Shown in pieces: positions 53,391 through 64,000 of a DNA stretch of 64,000 nucleotides. Under the pieces are notes generated by a model. That model did no database searches. It was not told where the DNA came from and worked only from the letters and a program-made list of their open reading frames with translations. Source of the stretch: the human T2T-CHM13v2.0 reference genome, Homo sapiens; NCBI RefSeq assembly GCF_009914755.1, contig NC_060945.1, one strand, 5' to 3'. The translations under genes were made by a program, and so were the position numbers. The stretch's first letter is position 1. Each line of letters opens with the position of its first letter.

Positions 53391-55074
53391 AATCTACTCA
53401 AAAACTTAGATATTACAAATTGAAATCCTCCCAAAATGGCAAACTCACTCACAGGAAGGCAAGAAAAGGGAGACACAGGGATGAGAAACAGATGGACTAG
53501 AAAACAAACAAACAAACAAACAAACAGTATGGCAGACTTAAGCCCTATCATATTACCTATAGTGTAAATAATTTAAATATACAATATAGTAACAGAGGTT
53601 GGCAGAATGAATAAAATATATGATTCAACTAGATGCTATCTACAAGAAACTCAGTTCAAAAACAACATATGTAGGTTGAAAGTAAAAGAATAGAAAGAGA
53701 TGCACCATGCAGGTGTAAATTTTCAAGAGCTCAGAAGGAACTCTTTGATCCCTTACACACTCATGATGCTCAGATACTTTAATACACAGTGAGTCTCAGT
53801 CTTCGTGAAATTGATAATTACTGTTTGTCAGACTTTCTTAGCTCTTCCTGAACCAGATTACTCAAATATTAATGGAAGATCTTTACAATATATTTTTTAA
53901 AGAGTAATAGCTAGACAATCATCTAGATAAGCACACTGAGAGAGGGAGATTGCCGATTAGAAGAGCAGCCAAAGCTAAAGAAAACATGTAGGCAAGATCA
54001 GTTATTTGAATGAGGGCCCTGCTTCGTATTTTGCATTTAGAAGAAAAAAAATCATACATTACAAAAATAGCAATGGAGAAAGGATAAATGGAAAGATAAT
54101 TTTTTATCTTCAGTTCTGTGGTGTGGCTTGTGGTTCTGCTCTTTTTAACATCTGTCAGCCTCCATCAATATATGCCTGCATAAGAATTCAGGCAATTATC
54201 ATTTGAAAGGTTGCAAAATTGTCCACACAGTGAAATTCACCTTCCGAGTTGTAGTTTGACAGCTACGTTGATAAGCTAAATCCAAATAAAATTAGCCTTC
54301 AGTTAGATGCTCTCACGTTACTGTAATAAACTTCCTGGGACATACAGTGTCCTTTGGAGGACCAGGAGCCTCACCCAAACAGACTTGAACAACTGTTGAC
54401 CAGACTTGACAGCATGCAGTCCACAGAAGTGCCTGAAGCCCCGGGGGTAGGGTGGTGGGAACAAAAAACAAAACCGTTTTTATCTTTTGCACTCTCCCTT
54501 TCTCCTCTAGGCCATTGTTGAAAAGGGTAGCTTTTTTTTTTAACATAAAAAGAAATATACTATACTTTCCATATTTTGGGCAATTTTAGGATGTTTTGTG
54601 GAATCTAGAATCAACCAGAGTTACCCTGAATGTACTGGAAAATCTTTTGATTGCTCCCAACTTACTTGTAAACCTCTATGTAAAAGTGCCATAAATACAA
54701 ACCTACAGATGGTCCTGAACTAGACCCTCTATAATATGATAACAGGAGCCACAAGAGAGCTCAGTGTGACATAGTGTGGAAATAAGATATGACCCTCCCT
54801 CATATATCCCTTCCACGATCTTGCATGATCCCTCATCATTATCATGAGAAATACTAATTTAGATGTTTAATCTGACTGCATCCTTTTTTCTCTTAGCCAC
54901 ATTCTCTCCGTAGCCAGATGCAGTAAAAGGACATTCACTATGAACAGAGTGATAAGTAAATTGACTTCATATTTCTAACACTAGATTATACAATGACCTT
55001 GCAGTGGTTTGGGGTGGGGGTAGCAAAGGATGGGCTTGGATAATCTTTCTCAGCATTATTAATACTCTTCTTTT

Positions 55075-55205
55075 AATTCAGTTCAATTCTATTCAATTCA
55101 ACAAATATTTATTAGACACTTGGCATAACAGGCATTCCACAGTGCCGATAAACCAGGGGAAGACTATAAGTAGCTGTCAGTCTTATAAAGGAATATATTA
55201 AATGC
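55075..55205 (-). mobile_element. L2 3' end
   Basis: ATTCAATTCAACAAATATTTATTAGACACT. Confidence 0.55.
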
Positions 55206-57288
55206 AATAATGACAATATCACAAGATAAATCCCATTCTCCTCCCTTCTTTCCTTCTTTTCTCTTCCTTTCCTACTTTCTTTCTTATTTTTGTTCTTTTC
55301 TTTTGTTCCTGAGGGATCATATTCTTCAAAGTGACATTAACAAATTCAAACCAAGGTTGACTTCAACCTGTCATTTCTATAGCACATTTCATTTACCAAT
55401 CTAAGACATCAACACCCTCTTACAGTAGATACTATAAACTCAGTCACTTCCTTTGCAGAGACCTAGAGAGCTAAGAGGACTTTCTCAAGGTCATCCTTCA
55501 CTTTTCTGATGCACACAAAACAAGCACTAGCACCTTTGCTCTTTGGTTAAAAGCATCTCTCATACTGCAGTTTTCTGTCGCCAACTATAATGCACTACTG
55601 GTGATTTTCATCTACCTCTATATGAACACAAGACAGAGTGCGCCTCTTCCCTGGGTTATTTCCATAGCTACTGTATTTATTATATTAATGTTTATCACTT
55701 GGATGTCATTTAATGAATGTCTGCAGGGGGGAGGGAGAAGATAGAATGTTCAGGGAAAGAAGCTGTGCTATTAATTCAAATGGATAGTCAAGACAAGCAT
55801 GTACATTCACATTGCCATATGGGGGCTGTTTTAGGGCACTGAAGCAGTTAATTTTGTTTTAAAGACACAAGCTTAGATAAAATAGATCTTTTTGACTTGG
55901 TTGAGAATTGAAATTATAAAGCATGCAAGGCTTCAGATTAAAATGCTATATTATTCTCTCCTCCCCACCTTATCTGAGGAGTGTAATGCCCTTACAATAG
56001 CCCACTTCTTGAACTCTTTCCAATTTCAGATATTTCCTATCTCTTTTAATACCTCATTGCTTTTGCATCAATTACGGCCTGACCTAAAGCTGCACTGGAA
56101 GTGGAAGTGATATATAGTGGAATCCATTGAAATGAATTTCTGATGAAAGAATAAAACTGTTAAAAGAATACATTTACTGCACACAAATTTATACAAATCC
56201 CATATATGCTGTGAAATCCCCTGAAATGAAAAACTGATGAAAGATTAAAATGTTAAATGAATTAAAATCCACCATCCCAGTGAAATATAATGATGATTTG
56301 ACCTACTAAATGAATGGCCTAAATGAAGATATAAATTTGAAGTGCTCCAACGTATGTCAATTTTAAATGTGCAGTAAGCCAGCATAACACAAAAATATGG
56401 CTCTCACTATTAAAGGAACACATTTTTTCTGGAACCAGCCATTATTTAGAAACATCTGTGTTGGTGCTTTACATGATGAGAAAGGCAACATATTCTGTTG
56501 CTCATACAAGGTAACATCATGTATTAACCTTTCCCTCTTTCCTAATCCTTTATCTCTTGATCTCTTCAGATTATATTTGTATATACTGCCTTAGGGATGG
56601 GTAAGAATTGGGATACTCCTATGGCAATTTCTACCTTTCAGCAGGGGTCCTTCCTAAACTCAGTTTATATCATGCCTGAAGAATATAGAAAAATAATATT
56701 AGGATATACACTTTTAGTGAAACATAGGAAGTTAGCCAAGCAATTTTTATTAACAATTACTACCCTGCACATCTAATTCCCAATTTAACGTTAAAAAATA
56801 AAAACTATGTTGAAAAGCTCCTAGCAGTTAAAATAAGTTTGCAAACTAGTTTATTGCCCAGGTGAATTGTACGTTCTAACTCAGTTTAGGGCACAGGTAA
56901 TGTGTGTTTTGTTGATAATAAATTTAAGTTTCAGTCACTGAAAAATCATATTCTCTAATTAGGCACAACTAGAAGCCTTTCATCATTGGCAGGAAAAATA
57001 AAAATGCAATTGCACTATGGAAAACTGCGCCCAGTGATTCTCTGACCTCTAGTCAGATTATGGTATTATAGTCATTTGCAACTGGAAGCTATGGCCAGGA
57101 TAGAGGTCATTATCCTTATTGGCACCTCTGGCAGTGTCCAAATTTTAGAGCATATGGCCAAATGCACATGGTCATTAATTCGCATGGATCCACTGACCAA
57201 CATGAAATGATATATAACTTGCCTTCATGGACCAAAGCAGGAGGAGTTTCTATGCTAATGAAGTCTGGCCAATCCTGAACCTATTTCT

Positions 57289-57879
57289 CTCTCTCTCTCT
57301 TTTTTTTTTAATATATATTATTTTCTTTTACTTTAAGTTCTGGGATGGAGGTGCAGAACGTGCAGGTTTGTTACATAGGTACACATGTGCCATGGTGGTT
57401 TGCTGCACCTATCAACCCGTCATCTAGGTTTTAAGCCCTGCATGCATTAGGTATTTGTCCAAATACTATCCCTCCTCTTGCCTCCTACCCCTCAACAGGC
57501 CCTAGAGTGTGATGTTTCCCTCCCTGTGTCCACATGTTCTCATTGTACAACTCCCACTTATGAGTGAGAACATGTGGTGTTTGGTTTTCGGTTCTTGTGA
57601 TAGTTTGCTGAGAATGATGGTTTCCAGCTTCATCCGTGTCCATGCAAAGGACATGAACTCATTCTTTTTTTATGGCTGCATAGTATTCCATGGTGTATAT
57701 GTGCCACATTTTCTTTATCCAGTCTATCATTGATGGGCATTTGGGTTGGTTCCAAGTCTTTGCTATTGTAAATAGTGCTGCAATAAACATATGTGTGCAT
57801 GTGTCTTTATAGTAGAATGATTTATAATCCTTTGGGCATATACCCAGTAATGGGATTGCTGGGTCAAATGGTATTTCTG
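57289..57879 (-). mobile_element. 5'-truncated L1PA8-like 3' end
   Basis: Antisense L1PA 3'UTR; TSD TCCTGAACCTATTTCT (57273-57288) and TCCTAAACCGATTTCT (57880-57895). Confidence 0.93.
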
Positions 57880-58701
57880 TCCTAAACCGATTTCTAAGGA
57901 GAAATAAAGTTGCTACTAAACTTCAGCTTCTTAAATTTTTATGAACTCTAGATATATTTTGGTAGAAAACTGCCCAAGCTTTACCGGAATTCCTAAAGAG
58001 GAAGGATTCCTAGGGTACAGCTATAAGTGGCCCAGGATAGTCTGCAATAATAATTGGCATAGCATTGAAATAAATATCTTGGGTGCTGCAACACCCTTTA
58101 AACTACACTCATCTAAAAGGCCACATGTTTTGCCTTTAGGGGATAACTTTGTTGTGTTGATCACCTGCAGGAGTTTCCATACCAGTGTCTAAATGCTTCA
58201 AGAGGAAGCACTTAGTCTTAGGTATCTTTGCAATTCTAAAGAAACCCACAGCACTCATTAAGTGTTTGATGACTTAAACTGAAACAGTAGAGAGCAATTT
58301 TACTCTGGCTAAAGTTATATGTAAACAAGACTTGAGGTTTTAGCACCCCATGGGGATGCCATAGTTGGCTCCCCTTACATTTCTTTATGTATTCCAGAAT
58401 ACTTTTGGAGTGCCTCTTCTGAAGTGTTAGGTACTAGGAATGGGTTTCCTGTCCTTAGGAGGCTTACTCTCTGTCAGAGATGCTCAGGTGCCTTGGCTAA
58501 TTGTTATCTGGTTATTATTTATCAAGGAACAATTACTACCAAGGCCTGTAGGAGGCATAGATTTACGTAGAAAACAAGGTGTAGTTTCAGTGTGAGGTAG
58601 AACTGATGGGTAAAGAAGCAGTTAAAATTGAATACGAGGAGTTACCTAAAGGGGTAAGCAGGGAATGGGAAGGAAGAAGTTATATCTAAACTGGAACCTG
58701 A

Positions 58702-58919
58702 GGCCAGGTGCGGTGGCTCATGCCTGTAATCTCAGCACTTTGGGAGGCTGAGGCAGGCAGGTCACTTGAAATCAGGAGTTTCAGACCAGCCTGGTCAACC
58801 CCGTCTCTACTAAAAATACAAAAATTAGCTGGGCATGGTGGTGCACACCTGTAATCCCAGCTACTCTGGAGGCTGAGGCAGGAGAATTGCTTCAATCTCA
58901 GAGGCAGAGATTGCAGTGA
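58702..58919 (+). mobile_element. AluS, 3'-truncated, with a 10-bp internal deletion
   Basis: GGCCAGGTGCGGTGGCTCATG...; lacks ATGGTGAAAC; stops at TTGCAGTGA with no tail. Confidence 0.92.
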
Positions 58920-59372
58920 AACGTGATTAAATACTTACTGGCATTACTCTTATCCCTAATATCACCTTAAAACTTAAAGACTGTCAATATCTGTTAGAGT
59001 CAGAGTGAAAAAGAATTCTGACATCACTGAGTTAAACATAGTGGAAATTAAGTTGCTGAAAATAAAAAAATGTATATTCTTTAAATGATAACTAAAAATA
59101 TGCATACATACCCTTATTAGTTTTTAGGGATATTCGTTGAAAATGAGGATTTATCTTCACTCAATTTTAACATAAAATCTAAAGATTACTTAGAATTATA
59201 AAACATAATTTAAATAAAATAAAAATATATATAAAATAAACATTAAAATCAATATAAAAGGCAACTAGGAAAGTTTAACAATTAATTTCTAACATTTCAA
59301 AGACTTCTTTTTTCCCTTATTGTTTTTTCCTTATTGTTTGTCAATTTCTAATTTAAATACATTAAGAATTAG

Positions 59373-59677
<305 letters not shown>

Positions 59678-60160
59678 TTAGAAAATCACACATATCTCAA
59701 ATTCTACATTACAGATCAAACTGTCTTTCAATAATTCTTTGGTTTATCTTTATCTTAGCCAATAATTCCTCTTTTATCTATTGTTATTAAATTCCATTTG
59801 ATTTTCTTATCTTTTGTATCCAATAGAATTAGTTTCTACTGTATATAATATACTAACAAAAAGTAGCACAGCTTAAACAAAATAGAAGTCTATTTCCCTG
59901 CAATGTGAAAAAATCCGCATGTAGCTAGTCGTTATTTTCTTAGAGAGGGTACAAAAAATTATCATAGTTCCTGATGACTTCTGTCTCACAGCTCTGTCAA
60001 TTTTATATTTGTTTTTCAAGATAGCTTCCAGGACTCTGACATATGTGAATATTCTGTTGACTGTATAGCTACAAAATAGAAAGTTTCCTAAGAGTTTTAA
60101 AAATATAGTAATCTGTACGTTCCTGGTGCTGTATGCCCTAAAGTCAAAAAGACCTTTCTT

Positions 60161-60251
60161 TTTATTTACTTATTTTTATTTTTTTATTTTTGCGGGTACA
60201 TAATATGTGTATATATTTATGGGGCACATGATATATTTTGGTACAGGCATG
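60161..60251 (-). mobile_element. Ultra-short L1MA1/2-like 3' terminus
   Basis: GGGTACATAATATGTGTATATATTTATGGGGCACATGATATATTTTGGTACAGGCATG; TSD AAAAAGACCTTTCTT (60146-60160) and AAAAACAGCTTTCTT (60252-60266). Confidence 0.8.
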
Positions 60252-60787
60252 AAAAACAGCTTTCTTCAAAACAATTTATAACCTATTTCTATATGCATAT
60301 CATTGCTAATATTATATTGCTCTTCTTAGATTGCTTTCCGGGTAATGCAGGATAAAGCAAAGAGACTGATTGGTCTTTTGCTTATGATAGTTTGATTTTC
60401 TCATGGTATTTTGATTATAGCGTCTGTAACATACCTAAGAACTGGGATTCTCTGTGCGGGATAAAGAAAATATACAGTTCAGATGGACTAGGTTACGTAT
60501 ACACTGATAATTGTGAATTTGAATTAGAATTAAAAGTACAAATTCTTAATGTGTTTTGTGTTTAAAATATATATTATAATATATAATACATATATATTTT
60601 ATATGTATACATATATGAATTTTTAATACATATATGTATTTTTAATACATCTATCTTAATACATATATTAAATCCATATTTAATACATATATTTTAATAC
60701 ATATATTTTTAATACATATATACTTAATAACTCTGAAGCTGCCTAGAAAAAAATGGCCCACCTGGTAGCAATAACTACCTCTATCGT

Positions 60788-60929
60788 GCCAGGCATGGTG
60801 GCTCATGACTGTAATCTCAGCACTTTGGGAGGCTGAGGCAGGAGGATCACTTGAGCTCCGGTGTTCGAGATCAGCCTGGGCAACATAGCAAGATCCCATC
60901 TCTACAAAAAATTAAAAAATAATTAAAAA
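60788..60929 (+). mobile_element. FLAM_C / free left Alu monomer
   Basis: Single left arm plus A-rich tail; TSD ACCTCTATC(G/A)TG at 60777 and 60931. Confidence 0.88.
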
Positions 60930-61733
60930 CACCTCTATCATGGTCTACAGATACCATTTCCTACAGGCTGATTCCAGACCTGGGGCAGAAAACGTACAAG
61001 ATGAGCCTGGATACTGTACCATACCATAGAACAAGAACACTATTATATATGACTAGGGTCTCATCAAGAGGATTTAGGAGCTGACTTAAAAGGACTCCCA
61101 CTGGCCAAAGATTGTTATGTAAAAGAATAAAAACGGCAAATGATTCAAACATATTAAATATGTTTGTTCATGAGTTCATAATGATGCAAAAATACGTACA
61201 TACACATGCACAGAGAGAGAGAACCAGAGGGAGGGAGGACAGAAAACATCTATTGTGTCATCCTCACCAGATTCTAGGGAAATAATTTATTATTTTGGGA
61301 ACCAGTAAATAAAGAAAAGAAACAAGGCATTTGTTTGCCTTGTCTACATCAACTATACCACTGGATAATCTAATAAAAGATCAGGAGATGTTTTTCTTTA
61401 TACAGATAGTCTAACTAACAAAAAACAAATGAATGATAGATTAGAAATTCACAATTTACAAAAAAATGCATTTATGACTTTTATGAGACTATTGAGAATT
61501 TGAACACTGGATATTTGATTAAGAAATTATTAACTTTAGGTGAGATACTAATATTTTGGCTATATTAAGGGAGTCATTATTAAAGGATCACAATAAATAT
61601 TTATGGATGAGATAATATGGTCTTTGCAATTCACTTCAGGATAATAGGAGGGAGAAAATGGAAGAAAGTATAGAGGGGCAAAATTGGCCTTAGCCTCATA
61701 TTTCTTGGAGCTGAGTGATGGAACTTCATTATA

Positions 61734-61810
61734 TTAGGTTGATGTGAAAGTAATTGTGGTTTTTGCCATTACAGTAGACAAAAACCACAATTACCTTTGC
61801 ACCAACACAA
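61734..61810. mobile_element. MADE1 (Hsmar1 MITE)
   Basis: TTAGGTTGATGTGAAAGTAATTGTGGTTTTTGCCATT...AAAAACCACAATTACCTTTGCACCAAC; near-palindromic, with TA TSDs. Confidence 0.92.
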
Positions 61811-62341
61811 TACTATGCTTTCTCCTTTTGTGTGTGATTAAAAGTCTCTATGTTAAAGGAAAATGTTAAGAAAGGGTATAATCATGACTTTTATAAAACT
61901 ATTAAATGAACCTAGGTCAAAGATTGTTTGTGGTTTATTAATTTATAAGGAAACCAATAAGATGTTACTACTAATTTTTAAGGAGATTATATAGTTTATA
62001 GGAGACGTCAAAGAAATAAATCTTTGTAAGCATTAAGTGTGCAGAAATGAATTTACAAAACTCACTTATTCCATGAAGCGTGTGGTTGTGGGGGTGGTAA
62101 CAGGAAAGGAATTGTATTTCCTCTGGACAAAATATGTTTACATGTCTATAGTCAGGAATCCTTTGTTGGTATCACTTATTTGCAATTTACAGAGTGGTTA
62201 AAAAGCTTAAAGGCAATGAAAGTTGTAGAAACACCATAGAATCAGATGACCTGAAAGAATATGTTTAGGCAGCACTTACTTTTCATTCTTTCTCACTTTT
62301 CAGTGATCTTTTCAGTCTTTCTCACTTTTTCCTATCGTCTC

Positions 62342-62831
62342 TGTGCTACGCAGAATAATGCCCACTCCCCACAACCCCCAGAGCCTGTGAATATGTTAAT
62401 TTACGTGGCAAATGAGACTATGCCGTTGTGATTAAATTGAGGATCTGGAGGTTGGGAGATTATCCTGGATTATCTGGATAGGCCCAATGTAATCACAGGA
62501 ATCCTTATATTGAGAGAAAACACAGGAAAGTCAAAGTAAAAGAAGGACATGTGACAATGGAAGGAGAGATTGAATTTATGCAATTGCTGACTTTGAAAAT
62601 GGAGGAGGCAGGCCTTGAGTGCAGGAAGGCAGGTAGCTTCTAGAAACTGCAAAAGTCAAGGAAACCAATTCTTCTCTAGGGCTTCCAGAAGAATGCAGCT
62701 CTGCATTCTGCAAAATGATCTCAGTGAGACCCATTGATTTCTGACCTCGGAACTGCACGATAATACATTCATGTTGTTTTGAGCCATTAAGTTTGTAGTA
62801 ATTTTTTACAGCAGCATAAGAAATTAATACA
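62342..62831 (+). mobile_element. MLT1D-like solo LTR
   Basis: GGGAGATTATCCTGGATTATCTGG...TGACTTTGAAAATGGAGG...AATTAATACA; perfect TSD GTCTC at 62337-62341 and 62832-62836. Confidence 0.9.
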
Positions 62832-62849
62832 GTCTCCAACCACGCTGAG

Positions 62850-64000
62850 CTTTAAGATCATATTTATCTCAAACAAGGAGTATTCTTAATCACCAAAATA
62901 CTTGGTCCCACCCACGATTTTTAGCCTGATTGATTGCTAATAAGATGTAGCAAGAGTGTTGACAAATCTCTTTGAGACTGTTTTGAGAATCTAGAGCTAT
63001 GCAATGTGGAACAACCAGTGAGAACACAAACTTAACTTCTGTTTGTAAGTTTCCGTAAGAAATAATTTCTTTCTCAGCATTTCCTGCCTCATGCAAGTAC
63101 CAACATTTATCTCATTATATCTGGATTATTTAACACATGACTAATTTCTGGATTTCTCTGTATCAACTGTTGTATTTGTGCATTTAGAAACATCTCGTAT
63201 TCGTTCTCCTAAGACTAGAAACTCAAGCCTAACAAATACCTATATCACATTTCATCTGTATAATTTACAAATCTGACAGAATTCCTGTCTTCTAGGGGTC
63301 GCTCAAATTTTTTAAAGCTTTTACTCTACAGAGAAGTGACCGTCTTGCCATCTGTAAGACCAAACCCTGTAAGCCAATATTTCTGGGTGGGCTTTGTAGG
63401 CATTAGCTCCACACATAAAATCAACATTAGTTCCTTAAAAGTGACTTATCCTATCTAATTACATTTGTATTATTTTCAAAGATGATATTCACCTTGGTTG
63501 CATAGTTGATTTGTCCAAACATAACCTGGTAAAACAGAGAACAGATTCTACTGAATCTATTCACATAATTATGTTACTATGAAAAGTAATGATGCTTAGT
63601 AAAAGCTTTGAAATACAAAAGTCATTATAAATCAGCTACCATTTACAAATTTTTTTTTCAGTTTACGAAAGCAGTTTATTAAACTTCTGTGGGTTGTTAA
63701 TGGCTTAAGAAAAGATAGGACTTCCTCATATATTCAAAAAATAGAAAAACAAAACAACACTATTTCAAACAAACAAATTATTACAATAAAAATTTCCTCA
63801 TTAGCTCATTTAGATATATTTAATTAATTCTTGTGCTGCTGAATCTTGTGTTACCAGTTTCACAAAGCTGTCTAGTTTTCAACCTAAAATAATACGAGAA
63901 ACCCAGCCCCATCCACTGGTAGAATCTGAGAGCAAATTATCTCTGTAAAATCTCAGAGAGTAACTATTTTAGAATTTGCAGGCCAGGCCAGGAGCAATGG
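62850..64000 (-). mobile_element. Probable ERV1 (MER4-group) internal sequence, running off the window end
   Basis: AT-rich stretch recalling MER4-group int (TAATTAATTCTTGTGCTGCTGAATCTTGTGTTACCAGTTTCA); weak env-TM-like peptide at 62890-63096. Confidence 0.45.

Larger units (their letters stand above)
60435..61860 (+). mobile_element. L1MC4-like 3' region, with TA minisatellite, FLAM and MADE1 inside
   Basis: GCTGATTCCAGACCTGGGGCAGAAAACGTACAAGATGAGCCTGG and TTTATGAGACTATTGAGAATTTGAACACTGGATATTTGAT. Confidence 0.78.

Noticed and set aside
56140-56245. CTGATGA motifs as hammerhead ribozyme or C/D snoRNA cores
   Set aside because: I could not build stem II closing on GAAA, or a terminal stem with a properly placed D box.
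57118-57138. CTCF-like motif TGGCACCTCTGGCAG
   Set aside because: It has several mismatches at core positions and cannot be supported without ChIP data.

Overview
This is AT-rich, CpG-depleted primate genomic DNA (human-like, since Alu elements with AluY-type diagnostic positions are present). It is most likely a deep intron or gene-poor intergenic region. I find no credible protein-coding exon, RNA gene or CpG island, and the listed ORFs are chance frames or decayed L1, Alu or LTR sequence. Much of the window is interspersed repeat: about 12 Alu/FLAM elements, young (L1PA7/8-like) and old (L1MA/MC/ME/M4-like) LINE-1 pieces, many solo LTRs (four THE1, MST, MLT1A/D, MLT2A1, MER31, LTR16/33-like), an ERV1-like internal segment, L2/MIR/L3 relics, MER5 and MADE1. 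Family calls come from my recollection of consensus sequences, not from a RepeatMasker run, so subfamily labels are approximate. I do not see an unambiguous new biological system. The most unusual structure is at 2.6-5.0 kb: a twin-primed inverted L1 lacking its 3' end, capped by a perfect 62-bp palindrome, with two further fold-back/template-switch scars nearby. Other candidates are a triplicated GATA+SOX motif unit (43.6 kb), MaLR LTRs with intact DUX4-type motifs, a nested LTR stack, and a motif-dense unique stretch at about 42 kb.
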